A DNA stretch of 64,000 bases from Bacillota bacterium (GCA_023412915.1 JAEZRE010000018.1:123127-187126), one strand, 5' to 3'; numbered from the stretch's first letter, positions 43,625 through 53,277 are shown. The notes: a model not told the origin generated them from the letters alone. A program made the numbers and translations.

Positions 43625-44809
43625 ATGGCCGGCCACAAAATAGACGTAGCGCAGCTCGACAAGATCATAAAGAAGACTATAGAAGCAATAAACAACAGCA
43701 AGACGGAAATATATGATATTGCCGACAGCTCCAGAAGGGAATGCAAAAGGCTGGAAGAGGAGCTTACAGCACTCAAGCAGCAGGTCAGCCAGCTTATCAG
43801 CGAAGTCGAGGTACTGGAGGTCGCACTCAAGGACAGCAAACGAAAGCTGATGCTCATCAATAAAAACTTTTCAAATTATTCTCAGGATGAGCTTAAGGAA
43901 GCTTATGAAAAAGCCGATAATTTACGAGTAGAACTTGCCGTGAAGCGTGAGATGGAGCAATTTCTGATCAGGCGACGCAATGAGCTGGAAATAAGGATAA
44001 AGGATTCTTTGAAGATCGTTCAAAAGGCCGACAACCTTATAACGCAGGTAGGCGCCGCGTTGGGCTATCTGACGGGCGATCTCCGGGAAGTAAGCCTCCA
44101 GCTGGATGATCTGCAGCACAAGCACCTGTTCGGGCTCAAGATAATCAAAGCGCAGGAGGAAGAGCGCCAGCGCGTGGCAAGGGATATTCACGATGGTCCC
44201 GCGCAGCTCCTGTCGAATGTTGTCCTGAAGGCGGAGATCTGCGAAAGAATGATCGACGTAGATCTTGAAAAAACGCGCGAAGAACTGAGAAACCTGAAAA
44301 AGATCGTAAGAGAAAGCCTGCAGGACGTAAGGAAAATCATTTACAACCTGAGACCAATGTCGCTTGATGATCTGGGGCTGATTCCTACATTACAGAGATA
44401 TGTTCTGACCTTTCAGGAGGAGACGGGCATTGCGGTTCTGCTCCAGACCAGAGGTTTGCAGCCCGAACTGAAATCGGTGATTGTACTTACGGTTTTCAGG
44501 ATAGTTCAGGAATCGATGAACAATGTGGCGAAGCATGCAAAGGCAAATAATGTTTCGATACATATCGAGTTTTTAAAAACCGAACTCAAGCTTTATATAA
44601 TAGACGACGGGCAGGGTTTTGACACAGAAAAGCTGAAGGAACATAACGAGGACATTTCAAGCGGCTTCGGGCTGGTCAGCATGAGGGAAAGAGTGGAACT
44701 CCTGGGCGGAGAAATGTCAATCAGTTCTGAACCGGACAGGGGCACCCGGTTGAATATATCGATACCTTTTACACAAGATGAGGAGGTCACAGATGGGAAG
44801 AAAGATTAA
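43625..44809 (+). CDS. degS: cytoplasmic sensor histidine kinase DegS
   Basis: N-terminal DegS-type coiled coil (IYDIADSSRRECKRLEEEL). HisKA_3 H-box RVARDIHDGPAQ. HATPase blocks (NNVAKHA, DDGQGF, GFGLVSMRER). Confidence 0.85.
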   Translation: MAGHKIDVAQLDKIIKKTIEAINNSKTEIYDIADSSRRECKRLEEELTALKQQVSQLISEVEVLEVALKDSKRKLMLINKNFSNYSQDELKEAYEKADNLRVELAVKREMEQFLIRRRNELEIRIKDSLKIVQKADNLITQVGAALGYLTGDLREVSLQLDDLQHKHLFGLKIIKAQEEERQRVARDIHDGPAQLLSNVVLKAEICERMIDVDLEKTREELRNLKKIVRESLQDVRKIIYNLRPMSLDDLGLIPTLQRYVLTFQEETGIAVLLQTRGLQPELKSVIVLTVFRIVQESMNNVAKHAKANNVSIHIEFLKTELKLYIIDDGQGFDTEKLKEHNEDISSGFGLVSMRERVELLGGEMSISSEPDRGTRLNISIPFTQDEEVTDGKKD

Positions 44810-45446
44810 CGTCCTGATCGCCGATGATCATCCGCTGATCCGGCAGGGACTGAAACAGATTCTGGAACTCGAAAATGATATCAGTGTCATAGCTCAGGCG
44901 TCCAATGGGAATGAAGCGGTTCAAATGACAAGGGAGTACAAACCGGATGTTGTCCTGATGGATATCAACATGCCGGGTATCAGCGGATTGCAGGCAATAC
45001 AGGAAATAAGGCAGGAGAAACTGCCTTGTAAAATAATCGTGCTGACTGTAAATGACGACCGCGAGTATCTTTTCAAAACGCTGCAGATGGGAGCGGAAGG
45101 GTATGTCCTGAAGGATGCGGAACCGTCCGTACTGTTGGAAGCAATCAGAAACGTCTACTCGGGTCAGTCCTATATACAGCCGAATATGACGTCTGAGCTT
45201 GTCAGGGAATTCAACAGGGTTACGCTGCACGACAAGGAAAAGCATGAGGAAAATGATCTCACCGACCGCGAAATAGAAGTCCTGAAGCTTATAGCGGAGG
45301 GTATGATCAACAAGGAAATAGCAAAGCAGCTGTATATAAGTGAAAAAACCGTCAAAAACCACGTCTCCAATATATTCAGAAAGCTAAACGTTTCAGATAG
45401 GACCCAGGCCGCCATCTATGCCTTCAAACACAACATAAAGAACTGA
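44793..45446 (+). CDS. degU: NarL/LuxR-family response regulator DegU
   Basis: REC domain (VLIADDHPLIRQG, DVVLMDINMPG) plus LuxR HTH (LTDREIEVLKLIAEGMINKEIAKQLYISEKTVKNHVSNI). AGGAGG lies 6 nt before ATG 44793. The gene overlaps the degS end. Confidence 0.9.
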   Translation: MGRKINVLIADDHPLIRQGLKQILELENDISVIAQASNGNEAVQMTREYKPDVVLMDINMPGISGLQAIQEIRQEKLPCKIIVLTVNDDREYLFKTLQMGAEGYVLKDAEPSVLLEAIRNVYSGQSYIQPNMTSELVREFNRVTLHDKEKHEENDLTDREIEVLKLIAEGMINKEIAKQLYISEKTVKNHVSNIFRKLNVSDRTQAAIYAFKHNIKN

Positions 45447-45511
45447 TGGCGTAAGGCAGGCGCCTGTTACGATAATACCACAAGTAGGACAATAGCCTCA
45501 TGAATGCAGGG

Positions 45512-45545
45512 ACCTTCGGATATAAGAATCCGAAGGTTTTTTTTA
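45512..45545 (+). terminator. intrinsic terminator after degU
   Basis: ACCTTCGGAT-ataaga-ATCCGAAGGT followed by TTTTTTTT. Confidence 0.85.
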
Positions 45546-45681
45546 GGCCCAAATCACCAGCAAAAAAAGGGCTTGCGACGGATAGTTAAAAAATGTTAGC
45601 CGCCTTATAATGAAAATGCAAGAGGGCAAATGAAAACAATGTGAATTCTTTATAAAAAATTTTTGAAAGGTGGAATGAAAA

Positions 45682-45885
45682 ATGTTAGTATCGATGTTCA
45701 ATTATCTGAGGGTAAGACTCGCAAGCAAAAAAGGGCAGGGCATGGTTGAGTACGGACTTATAATTGGGCTTATAGCAGTACTTATCGTTGGTGCTCTCAC
45801 AATTTTCCGGGATAACCTCTCAGCTCTGTTTACCCAAATCTCGAGCGTAATCACTGGCACTACCGGTGATATCACCACCCCGTAA
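45682..45885 (+). CDS. flp: Flp-family type IVb pilin
   Basis: KKGQGMVEYGLIIGLIAVLIVGAL contains the Flp G/xxxxEY processing motif and hydrophobic helix. AAGGTGG precedes the ATG. Confidence 0.85.
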   Translation: MLVSMFNYLRVRLASKKGQGMVEYGLIIGLIAVLIVGALTIFRDNLSALFTQISSVITGTTGDITTP

Positions 45886-45902
45886 TTATCAACGTAATCA
45901 TG

Positions 45903-45940
45903 AAATTACCCTATCTGATCTCAGATAGGGTAATTTTTTA
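45903..45940 (+). terminator. strong stem-loop with T run between the pilin gene and tadE (partial terminator)
   Basis: AAATTACCCTATCTGA-tc-TCAGATAGGGTAATTT, a perfect 16-bp stem, then TTTT. Confidence 0.75.
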
Positions 45941-45952
45941 GAGGTGAAGGTT

Positions 45953-46351
45953 ATGAGAACAGGATCGTTTCGTAAAAATAAAGGACAATCTATTGTTGAG
46001 GCAGCATTGGTGCTTCCTGTGATCCTCCTTCTTCTGACAGGAATCATTGACTTTGGGCTGCTGTTCAACAACTATCTTATTGTCAGCAACGCTTCACGCG
46101 AAGGAGCCAGGGCAGCTGCTATCGGAAGTACGGATGCACAGATCCGCACTGTTGTTAATAATGACACCAGTTCACTTGACCCGGCAAAGCTGACATTAAC
46201 GATAGCTCCGAACGAGTCGACAGGACGTAGATCAGGCGATGCGGTAACGGTGACAGTTCAATACCAGTACAGTATGATAACACCGGTCATTGCGGCGATT
46301 ATCCCGGGACCGATAAATCTCAACACAAGCACAACCATGCGCTGTGAGTAA
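45953..46351 (+). CDS. tadE: TadE-like pseudopilin
   Basis: NKGQSIVEAALVLPVILLLLTGIIDFG is the TadE N-terminal motif. GAGGTG precedes ATG 45953. Confidence 0.8.
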   Translation: MRTGSFRKNKGQSIVEAALVLPVILLLLTGIIDFGLLFNNYLIVSNASREGARAAAIGSTDAQIRTVVNNDTSSLDPAKLTLTIAPNESTGRRSGDAVTVTVQYQYSMITPVIAAIIPGPINLNTSTTMRCE

Positions 46352-46365
46352 AACCGGAGGTATAT

Positions 46366-47133
46366 ATGGGAAAGACAAATAGAAAAATCATTCTGATTGC
46401 AGTCGCGTTGGCACTTGTTACCGCCATACTCATATACTCCTACATTTCGTCCATAGATACTGCTACACCCGTCAATACACCTAAGACCGAGCTCGTGAGC
46501 GTATGTGTCGCAGCAAAGACGATACCGGGACGTACGCAGATAATCGAAGCTGACATAAAGCAGGTACAGGTTGACCAGAAGCTTCTGGCTGCAAGCGCAA
46601 TCACGGATAAGAATGAAATAGTCGGCAAATATACGCTCGAAAGTATAATAGTGGGTGAACAGATCCTTGCTGAACGGCTTGCCGATGAGAAGAGCATGCT
46701 TTTCTCCTACAAGGTTCCAAAGGGAACAAGGGCCGTCAGTATAAATGTCAACGAACAGATAGACGTTGCAAACCTAATAAGGCCCGGGGACTTTGTGGAT
46801 GTTGTGGCGAGTTTTGAAAAGGAAGAGGAAGATAACGGCCAGCTCGTAAAGTATTACCCGAGAATTACGAAAACACTTCTTCAGAATGTGCAGGTGCTTG
46901 CTTTGGGACAGGATTCCGCACTGACCGCGGATAAGCTCAAGGAACAGCCGGTTACGGCAACACTTGCTATAAAGCAGGAAGATGTCGAGCAGTTCGTTTT
47001 TGCATCTGAATACGCTACTTTGAGGCTTGCGTTAAGGCCTCTCGACGATAATTCACAGAATAACACACAGGGCATTATTAGATCGGATATTTCAGGCTCG
47101 AAAGGCGTATATACCAAGCCTTCGGGCAATTAG
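46366..47133 (+). CDS. cpaB: Flp pilus assembly protein CpaB/RcpC (SAF domain)
   Basis: N-terminal TM and SAF-like block VCVAAKTIPGRTQIIEADI. Located between tadE and tadZ. Confidence 0.75.
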   Translation: MGKTNRKIILIAVALALVTAILIYSYISSIDTATPVNTPKTELVSVCVAAKTIPGRTQIIEADIKQVQVDQKLLAASAITDKNEIVGKYTLESIIVGEQILAERLADEKSMLFSYKVPKGTRAVSINVNEQIDVANLIRPGDFVDVVASFEKEEEDNGQLVKYYPRITKTLLQNVQVLALGQDSALTADKLKEQPVTATLAIKQEDVEQFVFASEYATLRLALRPLDDNSQNNTQGIIRSDISGSKGVYTKPSGN

Positions 47134-47170
47134 AACATATACTTCGATAAAGCGGGGAGGGGCATTATTC

Positions 47171-48367
47171 ATGGAAAGGATAAAAGTTGTCATTGTAGAT
47201 GATTCGGCGGATACGAGAAATAATATAAGGCAGCTGCTTTCATTCGAGAAGAGGATTGAAGTGATCGGTGAAGCGGAGAATGGGGAGGAAGCCATTTTCA
47301 TAGCAAAGGAATCCAGACCCGATATAATCCTGATGGATATAAACATGCCTGTGATCGACGGCATACGAGCTACGGAAGAAATATCGCTGAGCGTGCCCGA
47401 GGCAACCGTCATCATAATGTCGGTACAGGGAGAAACAGAGTATGTCAGGAAGGCTATGAACGCGGGAGCGAGGGATTTCCTCTGCAAACCCTTCAACGTA
47501 GATGAGCTGAGTGCAACGATCATAAATACCTACAATATGGAGTCAAAGAGAAGGGAAAAGGCTCCGTCGCCTAAAAATCAGGAAATCCTCAAATCACGCG
47601 TTATCTCTGTATTCAGCACTAAGGGCGGCGTCGGCAAGACTACGATCGCGTCGAACCTGGCGGTTTCGATCGCACGAACGGCAAAGAAAAAAGTTGCGCT
47701 CGTGGATCTGGATCTGCAGTTTGGGGACGTGGCGATCATGTTGAACGTTTCGGTAAAAAACACTATAAGCGATCTTGTCAAGGAAGCCGGCCAGCTTGAC
47801 TCAAATCTGATGGAGGAATACCTCGTCACTCATTTTTCAGGCGTCAAGGTACTGCCCGCACCGATCAAGCCCGAGTATGCCGAGTATATCACGGCCAATC
47901 ATGTTGAAAAGATCATAAATACGCTGAGGGAGTCCTATCATTATATAATTGTCGATACTTCCGCAAGCTTCCACGAATCCGTGCTCTCGGCATTGGACAT
48001 GTCGGACCGGATACTTCTGGTATCGACACTGGATCTTCCGACGATAAAGAATATCAAAGCCGGATTGGACGTTATGGAAACGCTGCATTACCCAGCTGAA
48101 AAGATCCATATTATATTGAACAAGGCGTCCGAACAGTATGGGATCAAATACAAGGATTTCGAAAGCACGCTCCGCAGGCAGATATGGTCGTATGTGCCGG
48201 AAGACAATCAGACAGTCGTAACTTCGGCGAATAAAGGCTTTCCTTTCGTAATGACGCGTACAGAAACTAAGGTGGCAAAAGCTGTCATGGAAATCGGGAA
48301 AGAACTGCTGAGGGAGATGGATGGCGAGGCCAAGGACAAACCGGGTTTCAAAAAGCTTTTCGGCTGA
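47171..48367 (+). CDS. tadZ: TadZ/CpaE-type ParA/MinD-like ATPase with N-terminal receiver (REC) domain
   Basis: REC-like VVIVDDSADTRNN..DIILMDINMPVIDG..KP. Deviant Walker A FSTKGGVGKTTIASNLA. Confidence 0.85.
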   Translation: MERIKVVIVDDSADTRNNIRQLLSFEKRIEVIGEAENGEEAIFIAKESRPDIILMDINMPVIDGIRATEEISLSVPEATVIIMSVQGETEYVRKAMNAGARDFLCKPFNVDELSATIINTYNMESKRREKAPSPKNQEILKSRVISVFSTKGGVGKTTIASNLAVSIARTAKKKVALVDLDLQFGDVAIMLNVSVKNTISDLVKEAGQLDSNLMEEYLVTHFSGVKVLPAPIKPEYAEYITANHVEKIINTLRESYHYIIVDTSASFHESVLSALDMSDRILLVSTLDLPTIKNIKAGLDVMETLHYPAEKIHIILNKASEQYGIKYKDFESTLRRQIWSYVPEDNQTVVTSANKGFPFVMTRTETKVAKAVMEIGKELLREMDGEAKDKPGFKKLFG

Positions 48368-48383
48368 TGTGAGGTGAGAGTCG

Positions 48384-49751
48384 ATGTCACTACTTGAAAG
48401 ACTGCAAAAGGAAAAGAGCAGCGAGCTTCCCGCGGATACGCTGAATCAGCAGAAAAGCCGCAGGATTGCCGTGCCGAAGGTCGATCCCTTCGAAAGCCTG
48501 AAAGAAAAAATACAGGCTAAAATAATTGATGAAATCAACGCGAATACTCTAAAAGACATTGATCTCGAAGGACAGGACGATAATCTCCAGAAGAAAATTA
48601 CGGATATAGTGGAGAAATTTCTTGCCGATGAAGGAACCTTTATAACAAAGCTTGAGAAACAAAAGCTTATATCCGAAATCATTGACGATACTATAGGCTT
48701 CGGGCCTATTAACCAGTTCATACATGACGAATCCGTTTCGGAAATCATGGTAAACGGTCCGGATATGATATACCTCGAAAAAAAAGGCAGGATCGTGCTC
48801 AGCGATGTTACTTTCAAGGATGACCAGCACGTTATGAAGGTCATAGAAAAAATAGTCGCTCCGCTTGGCCGAAGGATCGATGAAAGCTCACCGATGGTGG
48901 ATGCCAGGCTGCCAAACGGCTCGCGTGTAAATGTGATAATCCCTCCGTTGTCTCTTAACGGACCTACTATTACAATAAGAAAGTTCTCGGAGAAGCCTTT
49001 TACGGTTAAAGACCTCATAAATTTCGGGACACTGACGCCCGAGGTCGCGATGCTGCTTAAAGCCTGTGTCGAGGCAAGACTCAACATCGTTGTGTCGGGA
49101 GGTACGGGAAGCGGTAAAACCACAACGCTGAACGTTATTTCTTCCTTTATTCCCGAGGATGAAAGAATTGTCACCATAGAAGATGCCGCTGAGCTGCAGC
49201 TTGCGCAGGAGCACGTGGTCAGGCTTGAAACAAGGCCTCCGAATATAGAAGGCAAGGGTATGATAACGATCAGGGATCTCGTAAGGAACTCGCTTCGTAT
49301 GAGACCGGACAGGATCGTCGTAGGAGAGGTCCGAAGCGGTGAAGCGCTTGACATGCTGCAGGCGATGAACACCGGCCATGACGGATCGCTCACCACCGGC
49401 CATGCAAATTCCCCGAGAGATATGATTTCAAGGCTTGAGACGATGGTTTTAATGGCCGGTATGGAATTACCGGTGAAAGCTATACGCGAGCAGATATCGT
49501 CGGCTGTCGATCTGATAGTACAGCAATCAAGGCTCAGGGACGGTTCAAGAAAAATCACCTACATAACCGAAGTAACCGGAATGGAAGGCGATGTTATAAC
49601 ACTCCAGGATGTCTTTGTTTTCAAGCAGCATGGCAGGGACGAAAAAGGTCGAATCATAGGATCGCTGGTACCTACCGGCATAAAACCGAGGTTCGTTGAG
49701 AAGTTCGAAGATGCGGGAATAACTCTGCCATTGGATATATTCATGCATTAG
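48384..49751 (+). CDS. tadA: CpaF/TadA secretion ATPase (T2SSE family)
   Basis: Walker A SGGTGSGKTT, Asp box, Walker B RPDRIVVGEVR and His box TGHDGSLTTGHAN. Confidence 0.95.
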   Translation: MSLLERLQKEKSSELPADTLNQQKSRRIAVPKVDPFESLKEKIQAKIIDEINANTLKDIDLEGQDDNLQKKITDIVEKFLADEGTFITKLEKQKLISEIIDDTIGFGPINQFIHDESVSEIMVNGPDMIYLEKKGRIVLSDVTFKDDQHVMKVIEKIVAPLGRRIDESSPMVDARLPNGSRVNVIIPPLSLNGPTITIRKFSEKPFTVKDLINFGTLTPEVAMLLKACVEARLNIVVSGGTGSGKTTTLNVISSFIPEDERIVTIEDAAELQLAQEHVVRLETRPPNIEGKGMITIRDLVRNSLRMRPDRIVVGEVRSGEALDMLQAMNTGHDGSLTTGHANSPRDMISRLETMVLMAGMELPVKAIREQISSAVDLIVQQSRLRDGSRKITYITEVTGMEGDVITLQDVFVFKQHGRDEKGRIIGSLVPTGIKPRFVEKFEDAGITLPLDIFMH

Positions 49752-49765
49752 GAGGATTTAAATAT

Positions 49766-50740
49766 ATGAAGAATTTGCTGGTCCTTCTGAGTTTTATATC
49801 TGCTTTATTCCTGTTTTACCAGGTTCTTAAGCTTTTAGTCCCAAATAGCGACTATATGTCACGACTAAGAAGCTACACCAGCGAAGAAGATATAAAAGAA
49901 GAGCAGAAAAAATCGAAAAAAAGGGGAGGGGCTGTCTCGTTCGGTGGCTCCATTTCTAGGGAAATAGGGAAGTTAAAATTCCTTGAAGGATATAAGAAAA
50001 AAGTGCAGACAAACCTGTCGAGGGCACATATCCTCCTGAAACCGGAGGAATTCGAAACGCTCTGCCTTATACTTTTCGTGGTGTTCATATTGATGGTGGT
50101 AATGATCGGGGGAACAGATTCATGGCCGTTAGCTATAATTATGGGGATAGTAGGGTGGTTCCTCCCGACATTTGTGGTAAAAAACAAGATAAAGAAGAGA
50201 TTGAAGCTGTTGAATGAACAATTGGGTGATGCGTTGACAATGATGTCCAATTCCCTCAAAGCCGGATATAGTTTTTTTCAGACGGTGGATATGGTTGCGG
50301 AGGAAATGACAGGGCCGATTGCAGAAGAATTCGGGATTCTTAAAAAGGAAGTCAACCTTGGGCTTAATACTGAAAAGGCTCTCGAAAATATGGTAGGCAG
50401 AGTTTCAAGCGAGGACCTCGAACTTGTTGTCACTGCCGTAATGATACAAAGGCAGGTCGGCGGAAATCTCTCCGAGGTCCTCGATAATATAACTGCAACA
50501 ATACGGGATCGTGTAAAAATAAAAGGCGAACTAAAAACTATCACAGCTCAAGGAAAAATTTCGGGTCTCGTAATATCGCTACTGCCTCTTATACTTTGCG
50601 GACTGATTTTTTTGATAAGCCCCAAGATGATGAGTATGCTTTTTACCACAGCCATGGGACAGATAATGATAGGCGTTGCACTATTCATGGAGACAATTGG
50701 TATAATCCTGATAAGAAAGGTCGTAAGAATCGAAATTTAG
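49766..50740 (+). CDS. tadB: TadB-type inner-membrane platform protein (T2SSF domain)
   Basis: N-terminal TM, T2SSF-like cytoplasmic domain (LPDALTMMSNSLKAGYSF..) and C-terminal TMs. TAGGAGGA precedes the ATG. Confidence 0.85.
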   Translation: MKNLLVLLSFISALFLFYQVLKLLVPNSDYMSRLRSYTSEEDIKEEQKKSKKRGGAVSFGGSISREIGKLKFLEGYKKKVQTNLSRAHILLKPEEFETLCLILFVVFILMVVMIGGTDSWPLAIIMGIVGWFLPTFVVKNKIKKRLKLLNEQLGDALTMMSNSLKAGYSFFQTVDMVAEEMTGPIAEEFGILKKEVNLGLNTEKALENMVGRVSSEDLELVVTAVMIQRQVGGNLSEVLDNITATIRDRVKIKGELKTITAQGKISGLVISLLPLILCGLIFLISPKMMSMLFTTAMGQIMIGVALFMETIGIILIRKVVRIEI

Positions 50741-50761
50741 GTGTAACGGGAGGTATATCAA

Positions 50762-51682
50762 ATGCCGCTGATAATAACGGTAATGGCTTTCATCTCAAGC
50801 TTTCTGGTTGTTTATTCATTAATGACTTATTTCAAGCGCGACAGTCTTGCCGTATCATCCAGATTGAACAACATCAGGGATTCTGAAACAGGATATGAGA
50901 ACAGCGAGTTGAATAGTCCGCTTTATATAAGAGTATTTAAGCCCATCCTTGATAATATAAGCAAGGTCATGATAAAAATCACTCCTGCCGAGATCATTTC
51001 TTCCTTGGAGGCTAAAATAATCAAGGGAGGAAATCCTGGAAACCTTACGGTAAAGGAATGGGTAAACATTCAGGCATTACTCGCCGTGGGTCTGCCGGCA
51101 CTTACGTTCCTTTTATGCAGAGAGGGCAAGGCAAATGCAGGTATTACATTCCTTTTAATATTGACGGAGGTGGCTCTTGCGTTTGTCCTGCCGGGGTTCA
51201 TCCTTGGCAAGATAATCACCGCCAGGCAGAAGGTCATACTGTATTCGCTCCCGGACGTCATAGACCTTCTGACCGTCAGTGTAGAGGCAGGTCTGGGGTT
51301 TGACGGAGCGCTGATGAAGGTGGTCGAGAAAAAGCCAGGACCTCTTGCCTCCGAGTTTGAAAAGGTATTGCAGGAAATCAAGGTAGGCAGGCAGAAAAGG
51401 GATGCTTTGAGAGATATGGCTAAGAGGATAGATATACAGGATCTCACCGCCTTTATCGGTTCGGTGATACAGGCTGACCAATTTGGCGTCGGCATAGCAA
51501 ACGTGCTCAGGATACAGGCTGAGCAAATCAGGCTGCGGCGCAGGCAAAGGGCTCAGGAACGGGCGATGAAGGTGCCCGTCAAAATGCTTCTGCCAATGGT
51601 GGTATTCATATTCCCAACGCTGTTCATAGTATTGCTGGGTCCGGTAATTATTCAATTGATCGATCAATTTGCAAATATGTAG
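50762..51682 (+). CDS. tadC: TadC-type inner-membrane platform protein (T2SSF domain)
   Basis: LPDVIDLLTVSVEAGLGFDGAL.. T2SSF block with terminal TMs. GGGAGG precedes the ATG. Confidence 0.85.
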   Translation: MPLIITVMAFISSFLVVYSLMTYFKRDSLAVSSRLNNIRDSETGYENSELNSPLYIRVFKPILDNISKVMIKITPAEIISSLEAKIIKGGNPGNLTVKEWVNIQALLAVGLPALTFLLCREGKANAGITFLLILTEVALAFVLPGFILGKIITARQKVILYSLPDVIDLLTVSVEAGLGFDGALMKVVEKKPGPLASEFEKVLQEIKVGRQKRDALRDMAKRIDIQDLTAFIGSVIQADQFGVGIANVLRIQAEQIRLRRRQRAQERAMKVPVKMLLPMVVFIFPTLFIVLLGPVIIQLIDQFANM

Positions 51683-51697
51683 CAGCAGTGTAGGCGC

Positions 51698-51806
51698 GTT
51701 GAGCTCGAGGTTCTTATTTAGCCCGAGGAACACTTAGAGCTCGAGGTTCGTGATTAGCCCGAGGACCGCTTAGAGCTCGAGGTCTGTGTTAAGCTCCTAG
51801 GACCGC
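51698..51806 (+). repeat. 36-bp tandem repeat, about 3 copies (18-bp sub-period), non-coding
   Basis: GAGCTCGAGG recurs at 51701, 51737 and 51773. The unit is TTAGAGCTCGAGGTTCGTGATTAGCCCGAGGACCGC. Stop codons occur in all frames. Confidence 0.9.
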
Positions 51807-51872
51807 GTCAAGCTCATTGGAAAGCCCTCATAATTATTGCCTCCCCAAAAGCCTCCGATTACCATAATGTAG

Positions 51873-51901
51873 TTGAAGATGAATGAAGATAGTGGTATAA
51901 T
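51873..51901 (+). promoter_or_regulatory. sigma-A-type promoter (extended -10) for the metH-like gene
   Basis: TTGAAG, 17-nt spacer ending in TGG, TATAAT. Confidence 0.55.
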
Positions 51902-51951
51902 GAATGAAACAGTTCATCTCAATTGATAATATGTGGCGGAGGCTTTTTTAT

Positions 51952-53277
51952 ATGAGTAATTTCCTTGGCGAGATAGAAAAACGTGTACTTATACATGACG
52001 GTTCAAAGGGATATATGCTTCAGAAGCTCGGCCTGAAGGGCGGAGAATGCGGCGAGTCATGGAATATTTCGAAGCCTGACGCAGTCAGGGAGGTATACCG
52101 CGCTTATCTTGAAGCAGGCTCGGACGTCATCCAGACGAACACTTTTCCGGGCAACCGCATAGAGCTTGAGAAATACGGCCTGGGCGACAAGACTTACGAG
52201 ATTAATTACCAGGGGGCCAGGCTGGCGCGTGAAGTTGCGGGCGGCAAGGCTTTTGTCTGCGCATCGATAGGACCTACGGGGCTTTTGTTCGAGCCATCCG
52301 GCGAGCTCACCTTCGACAGGGCGTATGAAATATTCAGCGAACAGGTCAAGGCAGTTGCTGATGGCGGGGCGGATGTGATCAATTTTGAGACCTTTACCGA
52401 TATTGCGGAGCTGAGGGCGGCATATTTCGCCGCACGGGACAACACAGAGCTGCCCGTCATCTGTTCCCTGGCATTCGAAAACAACGGCCACACCTTGATG
52501 GGAACCGATCCATATGTGGAGGCACTGGTGCTGAACGCCATAGGGGCAGATATGGCCGGTACGAATTGTTCCTTCGGACCCGAGCATATGACGGGGATAG
52601 TAAAAAAACTGCAGGAAGCGGGCGGAGGATATCTGAGCGCGAAGCCGAACGCGGGGCTGCCCCAGATTATAGACGGCAAAACGGTGTATGATGAAACTCC
52701 GGAGCATTTCGCCGACCTAGCCGCAAAGTTTGCGGGATACGGCGCCAGACTCATCGGCGGCTGCTGCGGGACTACTCCGGAATATATAACGGCGCTGAAG
52801 GCGAAGCTTGCTGATCAATCTGCAGTACCGACGGCACAGCTTAAAAAGGAGCTGCCGAAGGGCATTCTTACGTCTGCCGTCAGGTTTGTCGAGGCCGATA
52901 ACCTAGATACGGGCAATATAGGAATTCTCGACGCCTCCAAGGACGCCGTGCTGCTGGAAGCGTTAAAGAGCGGAGATATATCGTTTGTCGAGGATGCAGC
53001 GCTCGATCTTGCATCCGAAGGGTATGAAGCTGTATTTGTCAGCATAGACGCGGTACAGGGTGAAACTGAGCTGCTTGGCAGGGTAGTCGACATGATCCAG
53101 TGGTATGTAAAGGAGCCTTTGATAATCCGCACCGGGGATGCTGCCGCGCTCGACAGAGCGCTCAGGTTATACCGGGGCATTGCAGGCGTCGCGCTCTGCG
53201 GCGATGAAGACGGCAAAAAGGCATTGAAAACAGTCGCGGCCAAATACGGTGGCGTTGTGGTGGATATCGAATTTTAA
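51952..53277 (+). CDS. metH: homocysteine S-methyltransferase domain protein with only a partial pterin-binding domain (apparently 3'-truncated metH)
   Basis: N-terminal Hcy-binding barrel (DGSKGYMLQ, VIQTNTF, GGCCGTTPEYI). The following 140 aa resemble the first half of the MetH pterin-binding barrel and end at ..KYGGVVVDIEF. GGAGG lies 10 nt before ATG 51952. Confidence 0.75.
   Translation: MSNFLGEIEKRVLIHDGSKGYMLQKLGLKGGECGESWNISKPDAVREVYRAYLEAGSDVIQTNTFPGNRIELEKYGLGDKTYEINYQGARLAREVAGGKAFVCASIGPTGLLFEPSGELTFDRAYEIFSEQVKAVADGGADVINFETFTDIAELRAAYFAARDNTELPVICSLAFENNGHTLMGTDPYVEALVLNAIGADMAGTNCSFGPEHMTGIVKKLQEAGGGYLSAKPNAGLPQIIDGKTVYDETPEHFADLAAKFAGYGARLIGGCCGTTPEYITALKAKLADQSAVPTAQLKKELPKGILTSAVRFVEADNLDTGNIGILDASKDAVLLEALKSGDISFVEDAALDLASEGYEAVFVSIDAVQGETELLGRVVDMIQWYVKEPLIIRTGDAAALDRALRLYRGIAGVALCGDEDGKKALKTVAAKYGGVVVDIEF

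Noticed and set aside
51820-51951. Possible SAM or T-box riboswitch ahead of the metH-like gene. An 11-nt complementarity AAAAGCCTCCG (51847-51857) / CGGAGGCTTTT (51938-51948) looked like a long-range stem plus U tract.
   Set aside because: No S-box or T-box core motifs are recognisable. The predicted promoter (51873-51901) lies between the two arms, so the upstream arm would not be transcribed. The downstream arm is simply the GGAGG ribosome-binding site.
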